The notes: generated by a model not told the origin, from the sequence alone. A stretch of DNA of 64,000 bases from the human T2T-CHM13v2.0 reference genome, Homo sapiens (GCF_009914755.1 NC_060944.1); one strand, 5' to 3'; positions 17,607 to 32,976 are shown, numbered from the stretch's first letter. A program made the numbers and translations.

Positions 17607-17981
17607 TAATATGATTTGGCTCTGTGTTCCCATCCAAATCTCATGTCAAATTGTAATCCTCAATGTTGGAGGAGGGGCCTGGTGGCAGGTGACTGAATCA
17701 TGGGGACAGACTTACCCCTTGCTGTTCTTGTGATTAGAGCTCTCCTGAGATCTGCTTGTTTAAAAGTGTGTAGCACCTCCTTACTCTCTGTCTTCTGCTG
17801 GCCATGTGAAGATATGCCTGCTTCCCTTCCGCCTTCTGCCATGATTGTGAGTTTCCTGAGGCCTCCCCAGAAGCAGAAGGCTGTGCAGCCCACAGAACCT
17901 TGAGCTGATCAAACCTGTTTTCTTTATAAATTACCCTGTATCAGGTATGCCTTTATAGCCGTGTGAGAACGAACTAATACA
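17607..17981 (+). mobile_element. MSTA solo LTR
   Basis: 'atatgatttggctctgtgttcccatccaaatctcatgtcaaattgtaatcc...gtgagaacgaactaataca'; flanks TAGGG/TGGGG. Confidence 0.85.
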
Positions 17982-18584
17982 TGGGGGTTAGCTCCAGACA
18001 TAGACACATACAGACCACAGCAGGTATAAGGGAGGAGGTATCTGTATGCAGCAAGGCCGACAGGTCTCTAGTGCAACTGGTTGAGGGGGGAAAAGCAAGA
18101 TGCTAGACCATATGTGATGTGAGAAGCCATCTATAGAAACATGTGCATACAAAAATATGGTCTTGTCTTTATAGGCACACAAATAGGTAGAACTGGGGAA
18201 TCAGGTCTGGACACCAGCACACTGATATCAACACCATGGGCAGTTATGGAGTGGGGTCAGGCCCAGGAAGGAGATGATGAGGGGGGACTTTGCTCCTGTT
18301 TATAGCGTTTTGATCTTTTAAAATATTTAAATAATTAAAAAGTTCCTCTGTCTATTATATGGGGAGAATGCATTAGTTATTGTCTGCAATTGTCTTACCA
18401 AAGGTAGAATAAAATTACTGATAAGGATTCCTTAGGTGTGGGAGTGGGGAGAATGGAGGGTGAGCTGGAGAAATCACCAAAGAGAGCTGGAGGCTGAGCT
18501 GTTGGTGTCTCAGAATAACAGAGATAAAAAGATCCTGGGGCATTATGTTGCTCCATGATTCATTTGCTTGCATGTCAACAGTGG

Positions 18585-18690
18585 TACAACTCAGGCCTGA
18601 GAAGGAGTGACCTACTCAAGGCCCCAGGGCTAGTTGGGGAGGAAGCCGGGGAGAATGTAGAGCGCCTAACTCCCATTCCAGTGCTCCTCT
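18585..18690 (-). mobile_element. MIR fragment
   Basis: 'aactcaggcctgagaaggagtgacctactcaaggccccagggctagt'. Confidence 0.5.
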
Positions 18691-18724
18691 TCCCACCAGT
18701 AGCCAGCCTGGACATAGGAGAGGA

Positions 18725-18840
18725 GCCAGGCCCAGGCTTCAGCTCAGTCCCTTACTTGCTGTGTGTCCTCAGGCAAGTCACTTCCCCTCTCTGTGCCCAG
18801 TTTTATTTTTTCATCTACAATAAGGTAGAGTTGTAAGAAT
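18725..18840 (+). mobile_element. MIR fragment
   Basis: 'cttacttgctgtgtgtcctcaggcaagtcacttcccctctctgtgcccagttt'. Confidence 0.65.
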
Positions 18841-19064
18841 TCCCTGACATCCTCCTACAAACTACATCAAACTAAATGTAGCTTGTGAGAGCTATTTTGC
18901 ACGATTTTGTAAAGAATTAAAGTAATGATGTTATTATTAATGTATTAATATCTAGGTATTAATTATAATGAAATGATTATCATCCTTAATAATTCTGTTT
19001 TATTATTAATATTAGTGATAATTATTAATAACCTACATAAAAGGATAGCATAAGCTTTAAACTA

Positions 19065-19434
<370 letters not shown>

Positions 19435-20429
19435 CTACCTGTGGCATGACCAGACTCGGAAAGTGAGGGCATTTCCTGAAGGAGCCAACTCCTCATGCCA
19501 GGGATCTTCTGAGGTGCCTATGTCTGCAGCATTGGGAGCAGCTGAGACTCAGGGGTTCAGCAAAGGGCTAAGGTGAATTCTCCTGAACCCTGCAGGTCTC
19601 ACTGAGGACAGGCTGGTGCCAGATCCTGTAACTGGGAGAGCCTTCTGCCAGCCTCTGACCATGGAGTTAAACCTGGGAGGGGCGCAGTTGTCCAAGATCC
19701 ATTTTGGGGATTTAAAAATTTCTGTAATTTCATGAACTCTTCCAGGAACAAGTGACATAAATATTTTTCTCTTTCTTCCTCTCTTTTAAAAAGTGCTGCT
19801 TGTGCTTTGTCCCCACCTTCTTCCTCTCTACGCATTTGGGTTTTCAGGAAAAGCTGACCTCTCATGACCTGCAGAAAATTTCTTTTCCATTATCCCATGA
19901 ATTTTGCATCATGTGACATTGTCACTGAGCAATGACCCCTAGTATAGCCTTCACGGTGCCTTTGCTTTGGCTGACACTGGCTCCTTAGACGGCCGTTCAC
20001 CCCGCCCTGGGTCTGGGGTGGGATGTCAGGAAACTAGGTCTTCTTGGCACCCCCAAGCTGCCTGGGCATCAACCTTTCAGACTCCTCAGATTTAGGGCTC
20101 AAGGAATGGCCCAGACATCAGTGTCTGATGATCAAACAAGCCAACAGCGGGAGGGAAAATGATCCTTTCATAGAAGCAAACCTGTCAGTGGGATGGGGCC
20201 GGCCCCTGAGCTCAGGACGCTGGGGCTTTTGCTGTGTGCCGTGGGCAAGAGGCTCCCTCTGCATGCCTGGTTCCCTCCTCCGGAAAGTAGGAGAGCGGCA
20301 GTACCCACCCCATGGGGTGGACGAGTGGCTTCCCTGGAGCACGCGAGTATCCAGCCAGCAGAGCCCTGTGTGAGAAAGTGCCCTGTGTGTGTGTGGCCTG
20401 GAAACCCCCAAGTGGTCTAGTCTCCTGTG

Positions 20430-20610
20430 GATTATGGACCCTCCTGCAGCCCCTAAGGCAGTCACGCTTCTTATGAATGTTGTTCCACTTTACAGACTGG
20501 GGAAAGGTCAGGGGGCGGGCCTTGTCAAGGTCACACAGCTGGAGAGCTGGCAGCTGGATTTCAACCCAAGTCCCTGACCCAATTCCACAGCCCTTGATTT
20601 TAAGCAAACA
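20430..20610 (-). mobile_element. MIR
   Basis: 'ccactttacagactggggaaa...cttgtcaaggtcacacagctgg...ggatttcaacccaagtc'. Confidence 0.7.
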
Positions 20611-21001
20611 CACATCCTCTCTGTGGCACCATCACTATCCAAGAAATAGCAGAGTCAGGCGGGGCTAGTTGGACGCCCTCTGATCTATTTATTTTTCAGC
20701 GTCTGCTTCATAAACCCTTGGACATCCACCTGAATTTTCCTTATTGCTGTTAACCTCATCTTCCAATTACGCAAAATGTTTCAACCAATTAGCCCCTTGT
20801 TGCAGGAGTCTCATCTTTGGCTGACATTTGGTGCTGTGTGTCTTGGTCCTGACTGACAAAGGCAGCACAGCAACTGCTCATGTCAGCCTCGTTTTCTCCA
20901 AAGGGAAAAGGGCTCCATGACTAGTCGGGCATCTGGGGGACCCAGGAGCTCCAGTAGCTGCTGAGCAGGCAAAGAAAGGCTGATTAAAACCCACACACCA
21001 A

Positions 21002-21364
<363 letters not shown>

Positions 21365-21668
21365 CTAACGACACAGTCTGATAAAACTCTGTGGTTTTGG
21401 TGTTTTCTGTATATAGACACCCTGAGGTTCACATGTCGCCTTTCCCTTGGCATTTAAGGCTCCAAGGAACCCTCTGTTTTGCTTGGTTTCCCAACTAACC
21501 CCTCATTCATTCATTCATTCATTCATTCATTCAAGAGGTTACTGAGTGTCTGCAATGTGCCAGGCACTGTTCTTCACTCAAAGTCTAAAGCAGGGGATCC
21601 AAAACCAAGGTTCTGATGCTATGGAGCTCATGCTCCGGTCAAGGACAATCAATAAAAAGACAAAATGT

Positions 21669-22072
<404 letters not shown>

Positions 22073-22367
22073 TCATGGAGCAGAGACCTGAAGGCCACAA
22101 AGGTGGGAGACAGGCTAATATCTTGGGGAAAGGCAGAGGGAACAGCAAGTGCAAAGGCCCTGGGGCAGGAGCATGTTCCAGCAGCAGTGAGGGACCAGTA
22201 TGGCCACAGCAGAGTGGAGGGAGATGCATGGACAGAGAAGCCAGAGAGGCAGGGAGGCCAGACACCCACAAAGCCTCATGGGCCGCTGTGAGGATCTGGG
22301 TTTTATCTTAGTGACTCCGGAGGACTTTGAGGGATTTTGAACAGAGGGAAGAAATATTATTTTCTTT

Positions 22368-22920
22368 GATATTCATTTTCTATTGCTGTGTAATACATGA
22401 CCACAATCTTAGTAGCTGAACATGACACAGGTTTATTACTGTGTGGTTTCTGGGGGTAAAGGAGTCAAGCATGTTAGAGCTGGCTCTCTGCTCAGGTCCC
22501 CACAAGCCTGAAATCCACATGTTAGTTGGTTGCATCCTCATCTAGGGGCTCCACTTGGGAAAGATCCACTTCCAAACTCCCCTGGGTTGTTGGACAGAAT
22601 CAGTTTCCCTTGGCGCTGAAGGGCCAAAGACCCTGTGTCTTTCTAGCTGTCAGCTCATCACCACACTCAGCCTCTGGCTGTTGCTCCCAGGCCCTCGCCA
22701 CATGGTCCCCTCCATCGTTCCTTCCCAAAGATCTCAGCTTCTTTCAATAATTTGCCTGATTAGGTCAGGCCCATCCAGACTCTTTCACCTTTGATCAACT
22801 CAAAGTCAGTCGGTTAGCAACCTAATCCATGGCACGATATCCCATCAGATTTTGTTTCTGCCCAGACTCTAAAGGAGGGAAGGAGCAATCATGGGGCCAT
22901 CTTGGAATCTTGCCTGTGAC
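22368..22920 (-). mobile_element. MLT1E/F-like LTR
   Basis: 'ttttctattgctgtgtaa...aagatccacttccaaactc...ggggccatcttggaatcttgcc'. Confidence 0.65.
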
Positions 22921-25449
22921 TTGTAGTTAGAAAGATTTTTCTGACCATTGTGCTCAGAATAGGATAGGGGAGCAGCTGGGGCAAGTGCAGACTCTGGGAA
23001 ATCAGAGAGGAGACGGTTTCCTTTTCAATAGTGATGGACCATGGCAGTAGCAGTTGTGACGACAGAAGTGTTTGAAGCGTGGTTGAAGTGGTTGTAAAAT
23101 GGATGGGATGTTTTTGTAAAATGGTTTGAAGGAGAACAATAAAACCCATACAGGTTGACTCCAAGCTTTCTGGTCTGATCACCCTGAATGCTGAGCTGTG
23201 GGAGTGTATTGTGTTTATCGAGAAGTGTGCAGATTGCCAAAGGATTCGCTTTGTGTTTACAGAGTTAAAGGTAGACAGGTGCTCCGGGTTTGTGATTTTT
23301 AAAAAATAAAAATAATAATATAGTATCTATACAGATGAGACTTGTCGTCCCATTAGGATCCCAATTTGTGACTTTCCTCTTTTAAGAGAATAATACAGAA
23401 AAGCAAATGAGATCTGCAATTTGATCAGCATTTGTTTTTTCAGCTGCTGGTTCCTGAAAAAAAATTGTAGCACGCGAGAATCAGCGACAATAATTTGTGG
23501 AAGAATTACAAATAGGCCAGGAGTTGTCTGGCTTTACTGGTTTTGACTTGAATTAGATGTAAGACAGATGAGTCGAATGAGGTCTGTTTTGCAGCAGAAA
23601 GTATTGCAATGTCACAAGGGGCCATAAAGGTGCCTAAACTGAGCAGAAACATATGTTCTTCAGAAATTAGCTGTTAGGTACGAGCCTTTCTCTTGTTGAT
23701 GCTATCGGTATGAAATCCAATATTATCCCAGGGAAAGGAAACAAGGCCACTTAGCTGTTGGATGACAAGCTGTCTTACACTCCATCAAACCCACCCGTTT
23801 ACTTGTCACACGGCTTGTACCGCTCAGGAAGATAAGAGACGTCGTATCTCTGCTTTTCCTCATGGTGTGTTTTGGAATAGATGCCAGCTTGATGTGTTGA
23901 CCACGGTATGCAGGGCCATTCAATAAAGACAGATCCTTGGCCAAATGTTCTGTATTTTTCCAAATACAAAAGACAAACTAATAAAATCAACGCAGCCATG
24001 CTGAACACCAGCACAGAGGGCTCCCTCCTGCGCTGCCACGTGCTTCCCACCAGGGAAATGGATCAGACGCAGCCACGTGGCCCGTGCTACCTGATGTCTT
24101 TGGAAAATTATGCTTTTGTTTTAATTTTAGAATAAAAGTTGTTGAGAAGTCACTCTGGCAATCCCCTGCCCACTAAGAACAGGCGCTATCAAGAGTGGAT
24201 ATTGCAGAAACGCTTCCTCTCCCTACAAACCTTCCAGGGTAAGCATGGAGGGAGAGGCTAAGCCTTCTCTTCATTCCCTTGCCACTGTCTTCTTGACCCA
24301 AAGATGAGGGGCTTCCATCTCTAAATCTCCCAGGCAAAAATTCTAATAGCTGAGAGACAGAAAGCAGCTCAAATATTAAACCACAGATGGCCTGCCATTT
24401 TTGTTTGAAGGGCTGGAATTTTCAGTTAATGCTGGGGGAAGTAAGAAAGTCAACTCAGTTGCTCTGTCCAGTAATTCATCATTGCTGGGCTTTACTGAAC
24501 AAAGGCAAACTCTGACAACATGATCATGATTGAAAGAGGCAGCTGAGCAGGTGAGCTCCTCCTGTGGCTCCCTCTCAGCATCTTGTGCTGCCATTGTGTG
24601 TTTAGGTATTCATGTCTCTGACTAAGACAGTGAGCTCCTCGAGGAAGGTACTTGTGCCTCGATCATCCTAGAACCCTCCACGCCCAGTACGCACAGGGCC
24701 AGCACCTAGCAGACATTCAGTGTGTATGTAAGCCTCTGCCCTGGTCTGAACAGGGGAGTGCCCGTGTGAGCCTGTTTGCTGCCTTAATTATTAATAGCAT
24801 TCCCTTATGACCCAACCTATCACTAAACCTCAGTGTTGCTCCCTACCTAAGCAGAGGAACTTCATTGCAAGAATATTGAGTGGCTTAATGACGAGGTAAT
24901 TTCTTGCCTCGTATGATGAAAAAAATCAACCAGGAACTGGCTGAGCACACCTGGTTTGCACAAGGTGGTCCTCGTCAGTGCTGGTTGTTTTGCTGTAATT
25001 GTGAATGGTGCTGCCTTTCACACTTAACACATGTCCTGAGTTGGCGAGTAAGTTATCTGGTCATCTTTGGCATCATCATCAGGCATAGCAAATCCAGCGG
25101 TCATCAGGGCATCTTAGAGTTGTCTTAGCTCTTGGGGACCAAAGGGATGTAAAAATTGCCCCAGGATGTATTTTACTAAGGTTGTCAAACGATGAGTTAG
25201 GGTCGGCTGGTTTTCTAGTAGCTTTCAAAAAGCGCAAGATTAACTCAGATGGAATCAGCTTAGGTCACGTGCCCACCTGTGATAAGTTCTTGTTGCCGGG
25301 GCAACGCTGGTGCTGATAGGTTTAACCTGGATCATAGGTCCCAGCCCCTGACTCTGGGATGTTTTTCTCTCCACACTACATTGGCTGGGTAGGGGTGGGG
25401 AGAGTTTTCTAAATGAAAATCAAGTTGCTGCCATAAACTCCCCTCACTA

Positions 25450-25570
25450 AAAGGCATGTCCTTTTGACATGGAGATTTTTGTCCATTTTGTTCAATGCTG
25501 TATTTTGAGCATCTAGAATGATAACACTCAACAGTGGAAGCTCCTTAAATATCTGTTGAATGAATAAATA
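25450..25570 (+). mobile_element. L2 3' end
   Basis: 'ttttgttcaatgctgtattttgagcatctagaatga...aaatatctgttgaatgaataaat'. Confidence 0.65.
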
Positions 25571-25930
25571 CTGAGAAGACAAATAGAAAGTTTTCCTGAG
25601 GCAGCCTTCTGTATAAAATAGGATACACTTTATTGCTCCAGATGCTCCGTGAAGCAGTAACAAACTGCAGGTAGGCAAGACAACCTCCCTCAAGAGAATC
25701 ATCCTTTGGTGTTGAAAAACATATTGGAAATCACTGACGGTGGCCTATACAGGTCTCTCGTATGCTGACGGTACAAACTCTCCACACATTTCAAGCACTG
25801 GGCTTGGTCTGCCATGTTGACAGAATCACGATGCCTGCCTCACAGCAAGGGCAGCTCCCTCCCACAGTGAAACTGAGCTCCAGAGGAAGTAGGGTTTCCA
25901 CAAGTCAGTTCAGTTCTCTCCTTTCAATGT

Positions 25931-26342
25931 TGTATTCATCTGCTTTATATTTCTGTAAAGGAATACCCGAGACTGAGTAATTTATGCAGAGAAGAGGTTT
26001 ATTTGGCTCGCAGTTTTGCAGACTGTACAAGAAACACAAGAAGCGTGGCACCAGCATCTGCTTCTGATGAGGCCTCAGGAAGCTTTTACTCATGGCAGAA
26101 GGTGAAGGGGAGTCTGGGTGTCACATGGTGAGAGAGGGAGCAAGAGAGCAGGGGTTGGGGAGGTTCCAGACTCTTTTTAACAACCAGATCACAAGAGAAC
26201 TCATTACCATGGGAGGACACCAAGCCATTTCATGAGCGATTCACCTCTGTGATCCAAACAGCTCCCACCAGGCCCCACTTCCAACACTGGGGATCACATT
26301 TTACCATGAGATTTGGAGGGAACAAACATCCAAATCCTATCA
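25931..26342 (-). mobile_element. MSTB solo LTR
   Basis: 'tggcaccagcatctgcttctgatgaggcctcaggaagc...gagatttggagggaacaaacatccaaatcctatca'. Confidence 0.85.
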
Positions 26343-27185
26343 GGTGTGAAATGCACATGATAGGAGCATTTTCTCATTGAGTTCATGTGGATAAACTCGG
26401 GTCCATCCTGCAAGTGTTTTGAAATCATTTACAGAAGTTCCTCAAGGGCAGGAATTACATCCTCTGTTCCTGGCATGATGCCTGGTAGCCAAAAGGGGCT
26501 GAAAACTGTGACTTTGGGGCTGAGAAGGTGAATTCCCCTACCTGGGATTTGTCAGTCTCTCAAAAGAGTCATGCTGTGGTCCCATCCCATGGTAAAGACT
26601 GAACATATTGGATGGGAGAGAGGGGTAGACAGGGTGGGAGTTGCTGGTATTGGATCTTCTGCCATGCCAACCACCTCCCTTCCTTGGCACATTTCTCCAG
26701 CTGCTGCATTCACCAGCCAGGATCCTTTGGCTACAAGCAATGGAAGCTGGCTTTGGTCAGCCTTACCAAAACATGGATCTGTGGACAGATGTGGGGTAGC
26801 TCGGAGAACACAGAAGGGCTAAGGGACCAGGTGACAGAAGGACTAGACCTGGGTCAAGTCTGAGAAATCTCTTTGAGGCATACATTTTGGGGTGAGGGCC
26901 TACTCACTCTTGTTTCTTGTCTCAGTCCCCTCAAGGTAAAATTTCCCAGGAGGGAAGTGTGGGCTTGGGCCCCACGCTCACTCTCTGGCAGAGCACCTTG
27001 GTCATCCATTCCTGAGATGGTGACCAAGTGGGCATGGGATCCTCGAGGGGAACTTGAAGTCCAGGGCAGAAGAGTGGGGAACGGGCACTGGCCGGTCTAC
27101 AGCACCAGAGGCCTGCCCCAGCCCATGTGCACAAGCAACACATCCTGGGATTCTTACAGCCTGGGATATGTATGGCACTTACTAG

Positions 27186-27504
<319 letters not shown>

Positions 27505-28699
27505 TAGTAGGTTTTTAAGAAACGTTGAGGCTGCCTAACTTACTTGTACCTCTGACCTCCAAACTTAAGGCAGAACTGCTTCCTCCTCCCTTCCATCCCA
27601 CAGCACTTTGTTATTATTTTTAACAACTCCGTTATTGAACTTTGTAAGAATTAACTTCAGGTTTTTGTTTCTTTGGGTTAGAATTATGTCTAATTTACTT
27701 TTGTCTACATGAGTTCTTGACACAGAATGGAAGCCCAATCAACATTTGCTGGATAAATGAGTGATTGAACAGGTGTTAAGCGGGAAAAAGCCCAAGTCAA
27801 ACCAATATATTTATCTTTGAGGTATGGGGGAAAAGCTCATATATGTTTAAAAAATATTCAAAACTTGAAAATAAGGTATAAAGATGATTGAGACACATAG
27901 TGTCAGGGTGTAGGGCAGTCTAACAAGTCCATGTGGGGGGACCTGAGTCCCTCATGAGATGTGACTTTGTTTGACTTCCTAGTTACCATTGTTAGGGCTC
28001 AGATATTTTATAATTCTGGAAAGTTAGAGGTTAAGATATAGGAAACTTATAAAGTAGAATGTGTTTCTTTTCTGATGGCACTAAAGATAATCCCCAAATT
28101 ATAACATTATTGACCATTAAGATATTGAAGTGATTGTAGCCAACTCAGCAATTGAATGGCAGAATTTCTTCTTTTTGATTGACTGCATGGAATCCTTGTT
28201 CTTATACCCTATTTTGAATCAACTTTGCCATCCTATTAGTTCCATTATTAATGAAACAGATTTGACAAATGCTTACCATCCAGCTCATGAGAATTATGCT
28301 TTTAACATTTGAGAATCATACTTTGATACACACACACATATTTGGAAAACTAGACACTGTTTCTTCTAAAATGGAATGGTTTTTATTACTTTAGAATTAC
28401 AAGTTCATGCCAAAAACACCTTTTTCTGGAATAACATCTGGAATTTGTATCGTGACTTTTCTCTACCGATCATTAGCTCCCTTCGTGTTTCTTAACCAGG
28501 CAGTTGGAAATTTGAATCTGCTTTTTCTTCTTCTTCTTCTTATGCTCCTTTGCCAATTTTTAGCCTGGAAATGGGAAGTGATGTTACTGTGGTCAAGAGC
28601 TGAGCTACAATACCTGTGCCAATACCTGTGCTGGGAGAATGACTGATAATGGCATTGGTCATGATTTGTGGGTTTCCAGAACCTTTTGAAAACTCTTAC

Positions 28700-29160
28700 A
28701 TGTCAGGGAAATTTTTTCCTGATGTGTCTGCACATCCCCAAAAGAAAAGCCAGAAGTCTACGTTCCCATCTGCCTTACAGCTAGAGAGCAGACATGTGAC
28801 ATGGAGTGCACTGATCAGAGGGGTACGAACTAGACTCTCGTTAAGAAGAGAAGGTTGTGTAAAAGACGGCAGCGTGCAGAGACCATTCTGCAGAGGGTAC
28901 TGAAGAGACATACGGGGCTTGCAGAAGGTACAGAGCAGTGGGGAGGCAGAGGTGGGTGGCTGTCACACTGTCCCCTATTGTCTGTGTCAGTGATATGCCC
29001 AGCACCACCAGTAGCTGTGGGTCTGCCTTGTTTCTGTTATATAGCCTCCAAGCCTGATTCTCTGGCCTTGCAGAGCTTCTGGGAGTCACTGAATAGATTC
29101 CTTTTTGGCTTAAACTAGTTAGAGTAGATTCTGCTATTTGCAACTCATAGCCAAGTCTGA
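28700..29160 (+). mobile_element. LTR33-like ERVL LTR
   Basis: 3' end 'gcctgattctctggccttgc...attcctttttggcttaaactagttagagtagattctgctatttgcaac'. Confidence 0.55.
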
Positions 29161-29859
29161 TCCACATCATTAATAATGGAGGCATGGGGACCTCAGAGAT
29201 GCTTGAATCAGAGACAGCTGGGTAGAGGCACAGGAAGGTCACCCTCCTGAATGTGTCCTAGAATATCTATAGTTTTTCATAAGACTGAGAAAAGCTTTGG
29301 ATTGCCACCAGATTACTTTGCGGACAACTCTTGCAAATGTTCACCCTACTACATAAACAATATCTCAGCTGGAATTTTTCTTGAAGTTCTATCAAGCTCT
29401 TTGATGTCCTGATTCTATGGTGTCTCTTAATAATGTACACAATTGAAAGTTATCTGAAGATTGATTTACATCCTTTTGGAAAAATAACAGTGAAATCTCC
29501 AGGGTGTAACATACCCACCAACTGCCTTGCCAGCAGGGATAACAAATTAAACTATACATTCAAAAATTTGATGATCAGGAAATTACTCCTGGGATGAGCT
29601 TTATGATTATTGACTTCAAAGAAGTATTTGATGGTACAGTGAAATGAAAATGATATATTATAATTTAGTGTTTTCCATGCAAATGGAAAAGTAGCAGAAA
29701 TATCTATCATTTCAGTTCAAGGAAGGGCCCCCCTGGAAAGAGAAGAGATATAGGCACTGTCACATCAGGAGGTGGTTTGTTATGGGTGGTTGAAAAATAG
29801 GCATGAAGTTTCTTGAGACTTGTTTTGGCTACAAGTTCTACAAGTTACAGAGACCCCTA

Positions 29860-30260
29860 GCCCCTCTCCAATAGGGGTTTATTTTTCCTCATGTTAAATA
29901 AGTCTAGAGGCAGGTAGTCCAGGGATGGAATGGTAGCTCCATGATAACATCTGGGACCCATGCCCTTTCTGGATTTCCATGACCCTATCTTTGTTGTGAG
30001 CCCTGTCTTCATGCTCTCAAAACGGCTGCCACAGTTCCAGCCAACATGACAGACAATGGTAACAGACACCTGCCTGCTGAGTCAGCTCCTTTTAAAGCGT
30101 TTTCCCGGAAGTCCTGCCCAGTAGCTTATGTTGAGTAATCATTTGCCGGGTCTGTGTCATGTGAACATTTGATTCAAGAGAGCCTGGGAAATTTTGTTTA
30201 GCTGGGAATACAATCTCTTCAATTAACATCAGGGTTCAGTTAATAAGGAAGAAGGAAGGG
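29860..30260 (-). mobile_element. Old MLT1-type LTR
   Basis: 'aagtctagaggcaggtagtccaggg...aaaacggctgccacagttccagcc...gtgtcatgtg'. Confidence 0.5.
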
Positions 30261-30424
30261 AAATCTGGAGCCTCTGATGCACCCGAGTGTCTCTTTTCAT
30301 AGAGTTTGCTCTAAGACCTGGCAGTGCTTTTGACTTCTCCCTTTCCTCTTTGCCAGTGCTTCCTCTGTCTTCTTTGTTAAAAAAAAAATTATCGTTCAAC
30401 CTCCATCAAAGACAAAAAGCAGCA

Positions 30425-30775
30425 TGATATTGTTTGGCTCTGTCTCCACCCATATGTCATCTGCATTTGTAAACTCCCTGTGTCAATGGAGGGAGGTGAT
30501 TGGATCATGGGGATGGTTCCCCATGCCGTTCTCTTGATAGTGAGGGAGTTCTCTTGAGATCTGATGGGTTTATAAGACAGTTTTCCATGCTCTTGCTTGC
30601 TGTCTCTCGCCTGCCGCCTTGTGAAGAAGGTGCCTGCTTCGCTTTCTGCCATGATTGTAAGTTTCCTGAGGCCTCCCCAGCCATGCAGAACTGTGAGTCA
30701 ATTAAATCTCCTTTGTGTATAAATTACCCAGTCTTGTGTAGTATCTTTATAGCAGTGTGAAAACAGACTAATACA
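30425..30775 (+). mobile_element. THE1C/D solo LTR
   Basis: 'tgatattgtttggctctgtc...ccatgattgtaagtttcctgaggcctccccagccatgcagaactgtgagtcaattaaa...cagactaataca'. Confidence 0.88.
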
Positions 30776-30851
30776 TGGCACAATCTATTTCTTTCTTACT
30801 GCACTTCTTCTTCCTCCTATTCCTTAAATGATTAGATCAAATAGGATCTGT

Positions 30852-31205
30852 GGCTGGGCACACTAGCTCATGCCTGTAGTCCCAGTGCTTTAGGAGGCTG
30901 AAGTGGGAGGATCACTGGAGCCCAGGAGTTTGAGACCAGACTGGACAACATAGCAAGACCCCATCTTGAAAAAAGTAAAATGAAATAAGAATTACTAAAA
31001 AAAAATTAGCCAGGCCTCGTGGTGCATGCCTATAGTCCCAGCTATTCAGGAGGCTAATGTAGGAGGATCCCTTGAACCTGGGAGGTCAAGGTTGCAGTGA
31101 GCCATAATCATCCACTACACTCCAGTCTGGGTGACAGGGCAAGACCTGTATCTAATAATAATAATAATAATTAATATTATTATTATATTTAAATAAAAAA
31201 TAAGT
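30852..31205 (+). mobile_element. AluJ with expanded linker and (AAT)n tail
   Basis: 'ggaggatcactggagcccaggag', 'acaacatagcaagacc'; TSD AAATAGGATCTG at 30839-30850 and 31206-31217. Confidence 0.93.
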
Positions 31206-31654
31206 AAATAGGATCTGGGTTATGGAGACCCCATAGTCTCCTCTCTAAGAGAGAGCCGAACAATAATAAATATTGCAGAAGGATTTGAAACTTCAGAGCT
31301 CCCGAAAAAAGATGAGCCTCATAAATCAAGCACCTTCCTTTTTCAAAAATTGCATTTACATATTTTCTGAAATGTGACTTTTTTACATATGTATTTAATT
31401 ATATAAATAAACATTTTTAGTCACCTGGATTGAACCAAACATTCTAATGAACTATGCTAATTGGCTGGAATGCCAACAAAATCAAAATTAATGTTAAATT
31501 TTACTTTTAAAAAAAACCTCAGGGAATCAGCTTGCTCAAGGATGGAATATGTATATTTTCTTTAAAGCTTCAACTTTAATAAAGTAGGATCATCCAAAGA
31601 GCTTCTGATCCAGGAGATCAATTTTAGAGCCCAAAGCCAAATTTAATCCACATA

Positions 31655-32240
31655 AGATTTTTAAAAATAATTTTATTTGTAAAATGATCCTATGGTAAAA
31701 TGGACCTCTTGTGGGCATATAGGCCTATAGATTATAACACATGTGTTGATTGGCCTCTCCGCCACCAAAATCACGATGCAAAACAGCTGCATTACCCTCA
31801 CAATTTCTTCATGTGGCCCCTTGGTAGGCAATCTTCTCTCCCCAGCTGTTGGCAACCACTAATCTGATCCCTAATCCCTATAGTTTTCATTTCGAAAATG
31901 TCATTATAAATGGAGTCATAAGTCTGTGACTTGTTAAACTTGATTTTCTTTCTTTTTTACAAACATTATTTATTATTTATTAGTTTTATTTTCTAGCTTT
32001 TCTTGCTTAGCATAATGTCTGTGAGATTCATTCAGGTCATGGTGTGTATCTTAGTGTGTTTATTTTTGTTGTTGAATAATAGCTCATAATATAGATACAC
32101 CACAGTTCTGTTTGTTTTTTTATTCATTCACTAATTGATGGAGGTTTGGGCTGTTTCCACTTCTTGGCTATTATGAATAATGCTGCTGTAACATTCATAG
32201 ACACATATTTATTTGGACATATGTTTTTATTTCTCTTGGC
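31655..32240 (-). mobile_element. L1MD/ME 3' fragment
   Basis: 'ggcaaccactaatctg...aaatggagtcata...gagattcattcagg...ggctattatgaataatgctgctgtaacattc'. Confidence 0.7.
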
Positions 32241-32311
32241 TTGAAATGGCAGGATAGGGGGTGGTCTCCTGGAAAATATATGGGGAATATTTTGTTACTA
32301 AAAATAATGTT

Positions 32312-32330
32312 TGTGTGTGTGTGTGTGTGT
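32312..32330. repeat. (TG)n microsatellite
   Basis: About 9 TG units. Confidence 0.85.
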
Positions 32331-32458
32331 ATGTGGGCCAAAATCAACACTTGTCTACTACACTGAGCCAAGTTTTTTTTTTAAATAAAATGAAATTGAT
32401 TTTGGTGTTTTATACTTGCAGTTTGCCAACCTTTTTACATATCTTCACAGCTCATTAC

Positions 32459-32749
32459 TTTTTTTGAGACAGGGTCTTGCTCTGTCGCCCAGGCTGTAGT
32501 GCAGTGGTGCAATCAGGGCTCACTGCAGATTCAACCTCTTGGGCTCAGGTAATTCTCCTGCCTCAGCCTCCTGAGTAGTTGGAACTACAGGCAGGCACTA
32601 CCACGCCCAGCTAATTTTTGTATTATTTTGTAGAGATGAGGTTTTGCCATGTTATCCAGGCTGGACTTGAACTCCTGGGCTCAAGTGGTCAATCCACCTT
32701 GACCTCTCCAAAATGCTGGGATTACAGGTGTGAGCCACCACACCCAGCC
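32459..32749 (-). mobile_element. AluJ
   Basis: Antisense dimer; TSD CACA(G/T)CTCAT. Confidence 0.93.
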
Positions 32750-32976
32750 CACATCTCATCCTTTATAGGAATAAAAGCAGCTGGAGCCTTTTGATTTCGG
32801 TAGCTGTGGGTGCAACATGTTGTCCAGCCTCTTGTTACAACATACTTTTCTCCTCTCACTTCTTAATAGATTTAAGATACTCACAATGGAGGTGACAATA
32901 ATTATTGAGCTCAGGTATTCCCAAATAGCATCACCACCCAAGTCCCACAGGTTCACTCCCACCTGTCACCAGACTA

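Noticed and set aside
31153-31190. (AAT)n/(ATT)n hairpin in an Alu tail
   Set aside because: Short, imperfect and an ordinary product of tail slippage
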